Both the position numbers and the translations under genes were made by a program. 64,000 nucleotides of DNA from the human T2T-CHM13v2.0 reference genome, Homo sapiens. Location of the stretch: assembly GCF_009914755.1 (NCBI RefSeq), contig NC_060930.1. One strand, given 5' to 3'. The first letter of the stretch is position 1. Each line of letters begins with the position of its first letter. Below, in pieces: positions 46,377 to 62,571 of the stretch. The notes under the pieces are model-generated. The model did not search any database. It was not told the DNA's origin and saw only the letters and a program-made list of their open reading frames with translations.

Positions 46377-49300
46377 ATTAAAAACTATCTTGAAACGAAT
46401 GAAAATAGAAACATAACATGGCAAAACCCATGGGATACAGGAAAAGTGCTATTTAGAAAAGTTTAAAAGCAATAAAGGCCTACATCAAAAAAGCAAAAAG
46501 ATTTTAAATAAACAACTTAATGATGCATCTCAAGGAATAAACTAAAATTAGTAGGAAAGAAATAATTAGGATCAGAGCAGAAATAAACATAATTGAGACT
46601 TTAAAAACAAAGAAAAATCAAAAAATGAAAAATTAGTTTTTTGAAAGATAATCAACAAACCTCTAGCCAGAATAACCAAAAAATAGAAAAGATGCAAATA
46701 AACAAAATCAGAAACAAAAACAGACATTACAACAGATAACCTTGAAATAAAAAGGATCATTAGAAACTATTAGGAACAAGCATACATAAACAACTTGGAA
46801 AACTTAGAAAAAAAATGAATAAATTTTTGTACAGATACGACCTACCAAGACAGAATCATGAAGAAATGGAACCCCTAAACAGACCAATTGTGAGTAACAG
46901 GATTGTATTAGTAATAAAAAATCTCCCATCAAATAAAATCACAGAACTTCATGGATTCACCATTAAATTCTACCAAATATTTAAAGAACTAGTACAAATT
47001 CTACTCAAACTCTTCAAAAAATTGAAGAGAATTCTTCCAAACTCATTCTACAAAGCCAACATTATCCTGATACAAAAACCAGAGAAGGAAACAACAACAA
47101 AGACTTTAGATCAACATCACTAATAAACATAGATTCAAAATCCTCAAAAAATACTAGAAAACTGAATTTACTAGCACATTAAAAAGATCATATACCATGA
47201 CAAACTGGGGATTTATCCCAGGGATGCAAAGGTGATTTGGCATATGCAAATTAATAAATGTGTATATCACATCAACAGAATTAAGCATAAAACCCATATG
47301 ATCATCTCATTAGAGGCAGGAAAAGCATTTCACAAAAATTAACATTCCTTCATGATTAAAAACTCTCAAGTATAGAAGGAACATACCTCAACATGAAAGC
47401 TGGAAGTTTTCTCTGTAAGAACTGGAGCAAGACAAGAATGCCCACTGTGACCACTCTTATTCAACATGGTACTGTAAGTCCTAGACAGAGAAACTTAAAA
47501 AGAGAAATAAATAAAGGGCATCCAAATTGGGAGAAAGTCAAATTGTCTTTCTTTGCTAACAACATTATATTATATATAGAAAACCTGAAAGCTCCACCAG
47601 TAATGAGCCAATGAAAGAGAAATCAAGAAAGCAATCACCTTAAAAATAGCTACCAAGAAAAGTGCCTAGGAATAAATTTAACCAAATTTATTCCAAATTT
47701 AACCAAAAAGGTGAAAGATCTCTACAGAGAAAACCATAAAACACAGATGAAAAAAATCAAGGACACATAACAATGGAAAGATATTCCATGTTCATTGAAA
47801 GGAAGAATATAGTGAAAATGACCATACTATCTAAAGAAGTCTACAGATTCAGTGCAATCCCTATCAAAATATCAATGAGATTCTTCACAGAAATAGAAAA
47901 AACAATACTAAAATGTATATCAAACCACAAAAGACCTCAAATAGCCATAGCGTTCCTGAGTGAAAAGAACAAAGCTGGAGAAATCAGACTACCTGACTTC
48001 AAAATATATTACAAAGCTATAGTAACCAATACAGCATGGTATTGGCATAAAAACAGATATATACACCAACGGAAGAGAATAGAAAGCCCAGAAATAAATC
48101 CATGTATTTACAGCCAACTGAGTTTCACCAAAGGTACCAAGAATATTCACTGAGGAAAGAACGGTCTCTGCAATCTGCAATAAATGGTGTTGGAAAAACT
48201 GGATTTCATATGCAGAAGAATGAAACTAGACCCTTCTCTCTCACCATATACAAAAATAAACACAAAATGGATTAAATACTTAGTTGTAAGGCTTGAAAGT
48301 ATAAAACTACTAGAAAACAACATAGGGGAAATGCTTCAGGACATTGGTCTGAGCAAAGATTTTATTAAGAACTCAAAAGCACAGGCAACAGAAGAAAAAA
48401 TAAGCAAGTGAGATATTATTAAACTAAAAACTCTCCAAAGCAAAGGAAAAAATCAACAGAATGAATAGATAACCTGCAAAATGGAAGAAATTATATTTGC
48501 AAACTATTCATCTGACAAGAGATTAATGTCCAGAATATACAATAAAAGCCAAAAACAAACAAAAAAATCCAATTAAGAAATGAGGAATGAGCTAAACAGA
48601 CATCTTTCATAAAAAAACATAAATATGGCCAACAGGTATATGAAAAATATACTTAGTAACTAATCATCAGGGAAATGCAAATTGAAACCACAATGAGATA
48701 TCAGTTCACCCCAGTGAAAGGATATCATCAAAAAGACAAAAATGACAAATGCTGGAGAGGATGAGGAAAAAGGGGAACTCTTCTACACTGGTAGTGGGAA
48801 TGTAAATTAGAACAGCTATTATGAAAAACAGTATGGAGATTTCTCAAAAAACTAAAAAACTATCATATGACCCACTAATCCCACTCTTTGACATTTATCC
48901 AAAGGAAAGGAAATGAGTATGACAAGAGAGTTTTGTGTTTATTGCAGCACTATTCACAATAGCAAAGATATGGAATCAACCTAAATGTCCATCAGTGGAT
49001 GAATAGAAAAAGAAAATGTGGTATATATACACAGTAGAATATTATTCAGCCAGATAAAAGAATGACATGCTGTCATTTGAGGCAACATGGAGGAGCTTGT
49101 AGGACATTATGTTAAGCGAAATAAGCCTGGCACAGAAAGATAAATTCCTAATGCTTTCACTCATATGTGGAAGTGAAAAAAGTTGATGACATAGAAGTAG
49201 AGAGTAGCATTGTGGTTACCAGAGGCTGAGAAGATGGGGGGATGATCCTGAGAGGCTGGTTAACAGATACAAAATTACAGCTAGATAGGAGGAATAAATT

Positions 49301-51052
49301 CTAGTGTTTTACAGCACTATAGGGTGACTATAATTAACAACTTACCCTATATTTTCAAATAGCTAGAAGAGCAGATTTTTAATGTTACCAATAAAAAGAA
49401 ATGATAAATGTTTCAGGCAATAGATATGTTAATTGCCCTGATTTGATCATTATACATTGAATATATATATATCAAAATATCACACTCTGCTTCATAAATA
49501 TGTACAACTATTATTGTCAATTAAAAATAACAAAAGCAAAAAAAATGAAAACAAAAAACTATATCACATACCTGGGGGAAATCAACCCAGAATGGACAAA
49601 ATTACAATATATTGTAGTAAAAATATTGAATTGAAACCTGAAGAAAAAATATCTTAAGAGTCCAGACACAAAAACCAGGTCACTTACAATGGAAAAAATA
49701 TAGATTGACTCAAGACCTTTTCAGGTGAGTGTTTTATGCCAGAATACAATGGAGCAACATATGTAATATTTCAAGGAAAAAAACATTGTTATTCACAAAT
49801 ACTTATCTAGTCAAATTGACTTTCTTTTATAAATAAACTGTGAGGAATATGAAATATTGTTGCCATGAGAATTTCCTAAATAATCTACTAGAAAATAAGC
49901 TTCAAAATATTAAAATGACCAGAGATTCACTGGCATAAAGACTAGTTATGGGCATAAAATTTATATTTACCTATTGAAATAAAACTAAATAATCATTTCT
50001 TAAAAGATAATATAGTATATGATAGTTACATTCTCCTACAAAATAGAAACAGTATAACTACAACAATCATTCATGAATTGGAGGTATAAATGAAAAGTAG
50101 AACAAGCTCACTAATACCAAGTATATTGTTTAAATTTAGATTGCTGAGGATGAAGAAGATTAGGGACTGGAAGACAGTACAAGTTAATTTTTCTTCTAAG
50201 AGTACTGAATAAACTGGTAGCCTCCAAAAAGTGGATGGGCATTAAAAGTATTGTATAAATGAATTTAATATGCAGGTAACCATTAGAACGAGAAAACAAA
50301 CATTTTGAAATATAATAAAACAAAAAATAAAAAACAAATCAAATTACATAGTAGACTACATCTACATCTATATTTATGTTAATACATAGATAATATATCC
50401 ATATATAATGAAATACAATATTGCAGAACTGAAGGCAAACATGTTAATCTTAACAATAAATTAAAAAGTGCAAAACATATATACTAAAAGAAAAAATGTT
50501 CAAATGGGTCAACAAAGCAAAAATAAATGCTATGGTATATACTAAGGACACACCTACAACAAAAAAATCAGAATGATAAAATAATAGGATAAATATACAA
50601 GCATAGAAATATAAAGAAAGTAAATTTGGAAATTTTAATATCTGAAGACATAGCAATCAGAATATTTAAAAGGCAAAAATTGATACTTTCTAGTGCTAAA
50701 TTTCACAAAAAGTATAATTATTGATATGTATTTATTCACCCAGTGAGAAAGACACAGCTTTCATAGGGCAGAAACTACGTGAGTTTCCAAGATAGACAGA
50801 AACACAATAATAGTAGAATATTTTAATAAACCTTGCTGATCCAGCTGTGATGAAGTCAATAAAACATTAATAAGACCTATGCGACATAATCAGTAAAGTA
50901 AATCTAAATCTTGATAGTACAGAGTATATCCTCTTTGTAGGTATACATGGAACATTTGCCAAAAAAAAGGAGTATATTTTAGACCACAAGTTAACCTCGA
51001 TAGACTTTCAAAACATAAATTATAAAAACAGCATTAGAATGCAAAAAGTATC

Positions 51053-51639
51053 CTTTTTTTTAATACTTTAAATTCTAGGACACATGTGCACAACGTGCAG
51101 GTTTGTTACATATGTACACCTGCACCATGTTGGTGTGCTGCACCCATTAACTTGTCATTTACATTAGGTATATCTACCAATGCTACCCCTCCACCCTCCA
51201 CCACCCCACCACAGGCCCCGGTGTGTGATGTTCCCCTCCCTGTGTCCAGGTGTTCTCATTGTTCAATTCCCACCTACGAGGGAGAACATGCAGTGTTTGG
51301 TTTTTTGTCCTTGCGATAGTTTGCTGAGAATGATGGTTTCCATCTTCATCCATGTCCCTACAAAGGACAGGAACTCATCCTTTTTTATGGCTGCATAGTA
51401 TTCCGTGGTGTATATGTGCCACATTTTCTTAATCCAGTCTATCATTGATGGACATTTGGGTTGGTTCCAAGTCACTGCTATTGTGAATAGTGCCGCAATA
51501 AGCATATGTATGCATGTGTCTTTATAACAGCTAATCTTTTGGGTATATACCCAGTAATGGGATGGCTGGGTCAAATGGTATTTCTAGTTCTAGATCCCTG
51601 AGGAATCGCCACACTTTCTTCCACAATGATTGAACTAGT

Positions 51640-51676
<37 letters not shown>

Positions 51677-52157
51677 GAAAAAGAAGGTCATTGTTCATTT
51701 CATTTACAACGTTTCCTTAAGGAGAAGCCATTCGCTCATTCCATTCCTGGATGATACCCCTAATCCAAGCCAGGGCTTGGCTCAGCCTGCCCTATACAGG
51801 CCTTGTCAGGCCCTCAGTTCAAAGGAGAAGCTTAAGACTGAGGTCCTCCAGGCACCACGTAAGGGGAGTATTTAGGGCATTTCATATTGGATCTAATAGG
51901 TGGCTGCTGAGTCCACTTCTGATGCTGTAAGGTGAGCTTAACAGGGGCATTCCAAAGTGGATGGGCAGGTTCTTTCCATATTCAGGTTTTTAAAATTCAA
52001 GACTCTAAACTGGTACCATATACTTTGGGTACCAGCATATTGTTATTATTTGAAAAGACACATGAGGCAGAAGTCCCTGACACCACAGTGTGAGGATGGG
52101 AGGTCTGGTTCCAGCATGCCTAATAAAACTGTAAAAAAAAAAAAGAAAAGAAAGAAA
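51053..52157 (+). mobile_element. Young L1PA insertion with 5' inversion and ~450-bp 3' transduction
   Basis: TSD gcaaaaagtatc at 51041-51052 and 52158-52169 encloses an inverted L1 3' end, an A tail, unique DNA, AATAAA and a second A tail. Confidence 0.88.
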
Positions 52158-52360
52158 GCAAAAAGTATCATTCCTATTAATTTAAAAAGCTCACAAGTAA
52201 AAATCTTCAGTCTGAGAGGAGATACATGGACCAAAATTATAGACTTTCTAAAAAAAAAAAAAAAGAAAAAGTGAAATCTGATGTATTAGAATATATCAGA
52301 CACTAATAAAAATTATCAGAGGAGATTTCATAGCATTAACTCTATTAAGTACATTGACTG

Positions 52361-53290
<930 letters not shown>

Positions 53291-53745
53291 ATTTATTTAC
53301 TTCTGAGTTTAGTGTGAGTAGCCGTAGGCATACCATTTCTGATATTACATGTTTCTACTTACATACAGGAGACACTGGAAGAAGTCAGTAAAAATATTTT
53401 TTTCCTTGGGATCACAACAGGATGCTGAGAGGCTCACTTCGAAGCCTCCTGGCTTATTTGGCTTCTCTGATCCTTAACCTATGTTCTGACTACTTTAAAA
53501 GCAGAAAAATCTTTTCTTAATGTTTTCTGGCACCGTTTCCTTCCTCCCATCTGGAAATGTGGTTGTCTGTATTATCCGCCCCTTATTGACCTGGGCGTGA
53601 ATTACAAGAAGGGAAGTACGTGATCTTTTTATACTTTCCTATCCACCACTTCCTTTTTCTGTCATTTGCACATTGAAATTTTGGAAACATTTTTTGTTGT
53701 TGTTCACAGATTATTAAATACAGTCATAATATTTGAACCTGCGAG

Positions 53746-54104
<359 letters not shown>

Positions 54105-54449
54105 TCATTTTGGGGTGGGAAAGGAGGCTTAAGAAATATAAATAACCCTAGTTTTACATAAAGAAAGACTGTCATCGATTACCAATGATCCAATAATCCA
54201 ACTGCTTTCTTTCAACCGTGTTTTTTTCTTTCTTTCAACATAATGTCAATGAATGAGCATAGATAGAGAGAAGAGATGTGAGGCATAACAAATCTTAAGA
54301 CCTATGCTAGCTTATTGACCACATAATTAAAGTGTTACTAGAAATCTTTTATTTTATAAATTTTACTCCATTTTAGCATAACTCTTCCTCTATTTTAAAA
54401 AAAGTCTCTTATAGTTAAGCTTTCTTTCTAGTCACAGCTATACAGTTTT

Positions 54450-54745
54450 GTTTTTTTTTTCTTGAGATGGAGTCTTGCTCTGTCGCCCAGGCTGGAGTGC
54501 AGTGGCACAATCTCGGCTCACTGCAGGCTCCACCCACCCGGGTTCACGCCATTCTCCTGCCTCAGCCTCCCAAGTAGCTGGGACTACAGGCGCCCGCCAC
54601 CACGCCCAGCTAATTTTTTGTATTTTTAGTAGAGACGGGGTTTCACCGTGTTAACCAGGATGGTCTCGATCTCCTGACCTCGTGATCCGCCCGCCTCGGC
54701 CTCCCAAAGTGCTGGGATTACAGGCGTGAGCCACCGCGCCCGGCC
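54450..54745 (-). mobile_element. AluY
   Basis: TSD agctatacagtttt. Confidence 0.95.
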
Positions 54746-55580
54746 AGCTATACAGTTTTTTAAAAACACCATGTGCTGTGAAATCCATACCTAATTTTTT
54801 TATCTTAAAATACTTTTGGAATTTATCAATATGCCCTCAAGGTGGTTACAATAATTATTTCATAAGTTTATGGTTATTATAGCATTTCTATAATTTTGGC
54901 TGCATTCTGCATGTCTTTATTTTTTCTCTCAATATATTTGCCACTGTGTTTTTCATGTATAGTGTGCACATTAAATTTTTTAAATACAATAAATAAAAAT
55001 AAGTTTACCTCCTAACATTTCTACTGTTTTTAATTGCACAAACATACATTATACAATTTTAAAGAGCTAAGTCTAAAAGAAAGAATACATAAAGTTCACT
55101 ATATAATCATTTTTTCAGACACTTTTATCATTACATTATGAATAGTTAATATGAGTTTCCTTTGTTTTATTCCTAGATTTCATAATGCCATGACTTGACA
55201 CTACCAAACTAATCAGAAAACAAAATAAGCATTATATACTAGGCTTTTATGGGATTAAATTGTGATAACACAATTTAATGACAGAACTCAAATTCTTGAA
55301 AATTTTGTTGGCACTTCTTATTTCTGTCATGCATCTTACATGCTTGGTTTAGCAAAACTCTTGGTGTTTAAATGCTACAAGATGTGAATAAACTTGTTGA
55401 TTTGAGAGTCCAAGCCATAAAATAGAAGATTTTGATTTGTACTCCAATATTTTAAGAATATTCTTAAAACTACATACTTTTAAGTACTAGGGTGCTAGTA
55501 AAAGCTTGAGTGCATAGTATATAAAAATATTTAAATAAATATTACGAACTTCAGCTAGTCATCTGAATCTTTCTACACAG

Positions 55581-55665
55581 TGTCGAGGATTACATCTTTT
55601 GAAACATTTAGCTGATTATGTGAAGTTTTCATCCAAATGTTTGACATCATGTGAATTCAAGTTTG
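55581..55665 (+). pseudogene. 85-nt exon (CRGLHLLKHLADYVKFSSKCLTSCEFKF), degenerate AAA4 P-loop and following helix
   Basis: ctttctacacag acceptor, TTG|gttagc donor, open frame; resembles recalled GSGKQSLTRLASF. Confidence 0.6.
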
Positions 55666-56826
55666 GTTAGCTTTGTCTTTATACTGAATATAATTAATAT
55701 AAACAATGACGTTTTCATTGAACATTATAATAAACACTTATGTCTTATAAAAATAAGAGTTGTTCAGCTTCAATAACTAAAGAAAAATGTGGAAATCATC
55801 TTTTATTTTTACCAAATCTCAGAAGTATGTAAGAGCACAGAAAAAAAATCAGAATTAATACTTCCCCAATGTAGTGATTTATATTATTTTTAATTGCTGA
55901 ACTGGTTTCAACTAGATTTATTTCTCTGGTTAGAAGGAAGTTAAAAAGAATTAGGAGGAAATATCACTTTATATTCATGTATATGCCACAAGTTACAATA
56001 AAAATATTGTTTGTGTTCTTCCCTTTGCCTTCCAGTGTTTTTGATGTTTACAATCTGGTTGGTCCAAGATATTGACAAACAAGAGGAAATAAATGGATGA
56101 AGTGATACAATATGCATTCTTATTTTCTATTTCTGAGTGTGTGTTAGATAAACTGAAGCAGAGGATAGGCACGGAGAGAACAGAAGCTAATGTTCAACTG
56201 CCCAATCTGGGTATCAGGAAATTACTACGTAGAGAACCAGGTGCCAATACATCTCAGCCTAGTCTAATTAGGAGAGTGCAGAAGCATGGTGAGACAGAGA
56301 AAGAATCTGATTGGTATTCCTGAGCCTTTCTCACTTCCTTGGTAGTTTGGAGCCTAACAGAAGAGTCAACAGGGCTGCCAAAGTCCCAAAGGGTCTGGAA
56401 TTGCTTACCAGACTGACAGACAGTATGGAGTATGTGGCAGATCCAGGAGGAAGTGAGAAGAATAGGAATCAGTGAACAGCAGGTGGCCTACTGTTTCTCA
56501 GGAATAAGAGACCTCAGTTTCACCAGCTATAGACTCTGGAAGGCCTAGAAACCATCTGCTAGTGGCAAATGTTATCACTCCAGAAACCAGTGGACCCTAG
56601 GCAGCCTGTATTCAGGGCTGAAGATAAGAGATAAGAGACCACTGCCATTTCCCACCCATACCACTAAGGCATGCAAGCCCTCACCCCTTGTTTACTTATA
56701 TTCCAAAACTATTTAAGAAAAGAGGCAGAGGAAGGAAGATGATATTAAGAGACAGAATATTACCAAGGCGACCACTGAAAATATCAGTTCAGACCAAGTC
56801 TAAAACCATAATGTACAATAAGTTTA

Positions 56827-57306
<480 letters not shown>

Positions 57307-57311
57307 TTAAG

Positions 57312-57378
57312 TATTATGAATTACTAAGTAAAACAGGATATATAATTTGTCAGATTCAAAGTATTTTTCATTTAACAG
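57312..57378 (+). pseudogene. Exon remnant (YYELLSKTGYIICQIQSIFHLT)
   Basis: Open frame ending at CAG|gtaact (phase 1); resembles recalled KKVLLKAG..ITFLFSD; the 5' part abuts an Alu insertion. Confidence 0.55.
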
Positions 57379-57458
57379 GTAACTTTTTTATTATTAATAT
57401 GAATATACCAAAATAAAGCAACTTAATACCATGAAACTGCAATGGTTTAAACGCTTAG

Positions 57459-57500
57459 TCCAAATAATAATGGAAAAGGGTCATTTTGGAATATTACTCA
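57459..57500 (+). pseudogene. Exon remnant (QIIMEK..SF(L)EY), AAA4 Walker B-adjacent
   Basis: tag acceptor after an 80-nt intron; tcattttggaatat reads SFLEY if one T is restored; recalled motif QIKNESFLED / ESFLEY. Confidence 0.4.
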
Positions 57501-57675
57501 GGTAGCAAAATGATTATTAACTAAGAGTCTTATACTATCTCTAAATCACTCCCATTTTAGATATATCTTGAAGTGTTTCTTCTCTTGGTTTAAATTTAAT
57601 TGACTGAAATAATTTAAGTGAAAGATGTGCACGGCTGGTGTTCTTCAGAAATGTGATCATTAATGTTTCTCTGTA

Positions 57676-58101
57676 AAAGAATACCTTATTGAAAGACATG
57701 GTGTATTAGCCCATTCTCATGCTCCAGATAAAGACATACCTAAGACTGGGTAATTTATAAAGAAAAAGAGGTTTAATGGGCCCACAGTTCCACGTGGCTG
57801 GGGAGGCCTCACAATCATGGTAGGAGGCAAGGAGGAGCAAAGCTACATCTTACATGGCAGCAGACAAGAGAGTGTGTACAGGGGAACTCCACTTTATAAA
57901 ACCATCAGATCTTGTGAGACCTATTCACCATCACGAGAACAGCACATGAGAAAGACCCACCTCCACGATTAAATTACCTCCCACCACATCCCTCCCATGA
58001 CATGTAGGAATTATGAGAGCTACAATTCAAGATGAGATTTGGGTGGGGACACAGCCAAACCATATCACACGGCATTGAGGAAGCACACTGATTGCATTGT
58101 T
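57676..58101 (+). pseudogene. Exon remnant KEYLIER...LRKHTDCIV split by a THE1 LTR
   Basis: 57676-57696 reads KEYLIER and 58075-58101 reads LRKHTDCIV; recalled motif xFFIERVRKNLHIV. Confidence 0.4.
57702..58067 (-). mobile_element. THE1B/C solo LTR
   Basis: tgtattag..catatca termini; 5-bp TSD catgg/cacgg. Confidence 0.92.
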
Positions 58102-58182
58102 GAACTTACTTGAAATTCTGATTTTAAAAATTTAGACAAATGTTGATAATATTCACTTACCTATATCAACTATGTATTTTTA

Positions 58183-58590
58183 TTTTTCTTATTATACTTT
58201 AAGTTCTGGGGTACATGTGCAGAATGTGCAGGTCATACATGTTTATTGCAGCACTGTTCACAATAGCAAAGACTTGGAACCAACCCAAATGCCCATCAAT
58301 GACAGACTGGAGAAAGAAAATGTGGCACATATACACCACGGAATACTATGCAGCCATAAAAAAGGATGAGCTCATGTCCATTGCAGGGACATGGGTGAAG
58401 CTGGAAACCATCATTCTCAGCAAACTTACACAAGAACAGAGTACCAAACACTGCATGTCTCACTCATAAGTGAGACTTGAACAATGAGAACATATGGACA
58501 CAGGGAGGGGAACACCACACATCAGGGCCTGTCAGGGGATGGGGGACTACAGGAGGGGTAGCATTGAAGAAATACCTAATATAGATGACG
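58183..58590 (-). mobile_element. Tiny L1PA7/8-like element with 5' inversion
   Basis: Perfect 15-bp TSD aactatgtattttta; ~50 bp of 3' end on minus plus ~357 bp inverted. Confidence 0.9.
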
Positions 58591-58634
58591 AACTATGTAT
58601 TTTTAATAGTATGAATAAATAACTGATTTTCTAG

Positions 58635-58745
58635 GAACTAACCACACTTGTTCTTAAACTCAGCTTGTGTTATATTTATTTCCTGAAATAATTTGGTTCT
58701 TATCACCTTGACTGGCCTCTTAGTTTTACCAAAACAAAAGCTCTG
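58635..58745 (+). pseudogene. Exon remnant (LFPEII-GSYHLDWPLSFTKTKAL), end of AAA4
   Basis: ttttctag acceptor at 58634; with one extra T at 58694 the spacing equals recalled FPALISGCTIDW, followed by K..AL. Confidence 0.6.
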
Positions 58746-58779
58746 GCCCCCAGGAATATGTGCACAGGATTTTTCCCCT

Positions 58780-61120
58780 TTTATTTTTAATAGACACATA
58801 ATCATTGTACATACAGAGTGATATTTTGATAACTGTAATTATCAAATTAGAATAATTAGCATATGCATTACCTTGAACATTTATTATTTGTGTTTTAAAC
58901 ATTCAAAATAGGCCCTTTTAACTTTTTAAAAATAATTCATCCTACAGTGCTACAGAACACTGAAACTTATTCTACACTTCTAGCTGTAACTCTGTATCTG
59001 TTTGCAAGAGAAATAAACTGAAAACAACTTGAATGACCATCAATATGGGAATGACTGAATAAATTATTATATCTCTCTACTAAGTATAGAAACTAGTCAT
59101 TAAAATTATAATTTAGGGCTCACACACCCTAACCATGGGATGTCCAATAAATACTGTTAAATCACTAACATGAGTTGCAACATAATGTGCATAATATATA
59201 TCATCTACTTCAGGTGTTTGACATAATTTGGATTTTTTAACTATGATTTGTAATCACTAAATAGTGTTGGAAATACCTGATCATTAATGGATTCGTAGAA
59301 TTCCCCTATGAAACCATCTAGACCTGGTGTATTTTGTGTTTACTAGGTGGGAGACTTTCTTTCTCTATTTTTTATATAATAATGGGTCTGTTTAGATTTT
59401 CTGTCTCTGCTGATATCAATTTTGTTAAGTTGTATTTTTTTAGGAAATTAGCCATTTCATCTGAGCCTTCAAATTTATTTGCAAAGATTGTGTAAATTAG
59501 TGTCATCATTTAAGAATTTTCTATTTTGATGGTTATTTTCCTCTTGTCATTTCTAATTTCGTCTATTTGTGCTTTCTTCTTTTTATATTGCTAGATTAGT
59601 CAGTGGTTTATTTTGTTGGTAGTTTTTCAAAGAGAATTTTCTTTCAACAAGGAATTTCAACCAACAAAAGATATTTTTCAAAGTACTGGCTTTTAGATTT
59701 ATTTATAAGTTCTATAATTTTTCTGCTTTCTAATTCATTAACTTTTTCTTTTGTCTTTACTAATTTCTGCTGCTTTATTGTTCTCTATCATTTAGAATTT
59801 AAGTTGTTTACATTATTATTGTATATAATGGTTACATGAATATATAGCTGTTTCTAAGCCTGGAATAGTCAAAATACAAGATGAGCCTGAAGCATCTTGT
59901 AGTGCCAGAAAGTAAGGAAGTACTCAAATAAATAAACTGTGGGTCATGTCAAATTGACACAGGAGCCAATCTGAACGAACTTTGAGCAGTAAAAGCTGAA
60001 ATGACTTGAGAAAGAAAAGTTTTATGTAACAACTAAAAATATAAATGTACATAAGTCCATACTAATATGAATAAATTATTTTAATAAATAAATGCTGGAA
60101 GAGAAGGAACGCATTTTTCTTACAAGAGAACTCCTAATACTACATGTATATATACTACTTTCTTCAGGCGGTTAGCTTAATACCCATCCCCTTGAGTGTA
60201 AAATGGTCTTAGTGACTCACTGTCAAAGAATATAGAAAGGGAAAAATAGTAACTTTGCAGTGGAGAAACCTGGTAAACAGTACCTTAACCAAGTTATCAA
60301 GGTTAGTATTATCAATACAATGTTGATATTGTGTACTACTCTTGATATATGTGTGATGAGAAGAGTACTTTTCTTCTGTTATATTCTTTCAGAACCCATG
60401 AACCCAGTCTAATCATGACAGAAACATTAGACAAAGCCAAAATGAAGACATTCTACAAAGTACCTAACTAGTATTCTTCAAAAGTGTCAAAGTCATGAAA
60501 AACAAAGCAGTCCTGACAAACTGGAGGAAACTAAGGAGACATCACTACTACCCAGTGAAACATGATATCTTGGATTCAGTTCTGGACATTAGTAAAAAAA
60601 TAAAAAATAGGCCAAGCGCAGTGGCTCATGCCTGTAATCCCAGGACTTTGGGAGGCCGAGGACGGCGGATCACGAGGTCAGGAGATCGAGACCATCCTGG
60701 CTACCACTGTGAAACACCGTCTCTACTAAAAATACAAAAAAAAAAAAAAAAAAAAATTAGCCGGGCGTGGTGGCAGGCACCTGTAGTGCCAGCTACTCGG
60801 GAGGCTGAGGCAGGATAATGGCGTGAACCTGGGAGGCGAGCTTGCAGTGAGCAGAGATCGCGCCACCGCACTCCAGCCTGGGCGACAAAGCGAGACTCCA
60901 TCTCAAAAATAAATAAATAAAATAAAAAATAAAAATAAAACTTATGAATGAGTTATTAATAGCAATGTACCAATGCTAATTCTTAGTATGGACAAAAGCA
61001 CCATGGTTATATAAAAGGCTGACATTAGGGAAAACTAAGTAAAAAATATGTGAGAACTCTATTATTCCAACAACTTTTCTATCTATCTAAGATTATTTTA
61101 AAATAAAATTTTTAAAAATC
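58780..61120. mobile_element. Mosaic of ancient L1M fragments (L1MC-type 3'UTR on + from about 59850)
   Basis: caagatgagcctgaagcatcttgtagtgccagaaagtaagg motif and others. Confidence 0.6.
60610..60940 (+). mobile_element. AluY
   Basis: AluY diagnostics; expanded middle A-run. Confidence 0.95.
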
Positions 61121-61811
61121 TAGTGTGGGTTTCAAGGGCTTAAGATGAAATTAATGAAGTGTTCAATTATAGCTTTATTGAGTCAGCTAAGGAAGACTCG
61201 AGGGTGTTGAACTACAGTTTCTTTTTTTTATAATAATAAAATTTTTATGGTTTAGTGTTAAAATCTCATTGATATACAATCATGATCATATAGAAAGTAA
61301 CTTCACATTTTTCCTGTGCCTATATTTCTAAAACTCACATTAATATCTTTATTTAAATAGAAATGTAATAAGATATTGCATTTCTATTCAAATAAATGAA
61401 TGACCATGAATGAAAGTAAAATCCAGGAATATTGATGTAGACTACTTTTTGTCATTGCCAGATCACAAAATGATATACATCATCAGTCATAATCATATAC
61501 GCATTTTTTGTTGTAGACCAAAAAAATAAAATTTAAAACTGATCTTAAAGGTTATTTTACTAATATGCAGAAATCTATTTCTGGGTTTCTTTTTTATCTT
61601 TTATTTTAGGTTTATGGGTACATTTGAGGTTTGTTACAAACTACGGGTCATGGGGGTTTCGTGTAGATTATTTTGTCACCCAGGTAATAAGCATAGTACC
61701 TGACAAGCAGATTTATTGAGCATTTAGTAGGTAAAGAGCACTGTGCTAGGTTCTCGGATGGAAAATTACAACGTCTACCTGTTATAGTCCTTGAGGGACC
61801 TCAACATCCTT

Positions 61812-61884
61812 AGTAGATATGCTCAAACTCTTTAAAGGAAACTTCCTTGGTTTAATTAGGTACAAGAGACTGTTTTATAAAAAT
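61812..61884 (+). pseudogene. Exon remnant (SRYAQT / GNFLGLIRYKRLFYKN), approach to stalk coiled coil 1
   Basis: Resembles recalled RRYNYVTPTSYLELIxxYKKLL; donor AAT|gtaagg at 61884/61885. Confidence 0.55.
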
Positions 61885-62571
61885 GTAAGGGCTAAACTAA
61901 CTCTAAGAGACAGATGCCGTATCTCAGCCTGCAGAAAAATTCATCCACTCTTTTGTATTTAGAATATGATCATATAATCTTTTGATGAAGCAATTTCTTC
62001 AAGCCTTTTAAATTATTTGCCCAGGCAAGTATTTCTGGCAAAAACCAGCTCAAAGCAAAATTATCATGTAATTAGTTAAACATATTGCATTTGAATATTC
62101 AATTTCAGCCAAACCACAATCTTATCATTTTAAAATAATCTGTTTTCTATTACCAAAACTAACGATTTCTCCAGGAGTTAAACACTTAGGAAAATATTAC
62201 AACATGTTTTGCTGGCCTCAAACTAGCCCTTTAAGTCTATGTTTTTCAAACCATTTAGAGTGACCTATGAGTGAGCCATAATATTTTGAAATAGGTCTCT
62301 ACAAGCATCTGTTAATGAAATAGAATAAAACAGAACAGAATAGGAATAACCAAAATGTATTTGATGAAATAAGAATTAATATTGTTTTTTTGAATTCTTT
62401 TAAGTTTCAGGATGTGTGTGTATGTGCATGTGCGCACGTGTGGTGTGTGCACGCACATGCACACACATTAAACCCTGGTGTAAAATACGTTACACATGAG
62501 TCAAGAAAAAATATTAAAATGATCTGCTCTAAGGGATTGTCCAGTGATGTCACAGGACCAGAGCATATAAG

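Noticed and set aside
56036-56100. Strong acceptor followed by VFDVYNLVG or FLMFTIW
   Set aside because: Stops in all frames, and it competes with 57312-57378 for the same dynein segment.
57361-57384. AG|GT recursive splice site
   Set aside because: Better explained as the donor end of an exon remnant.
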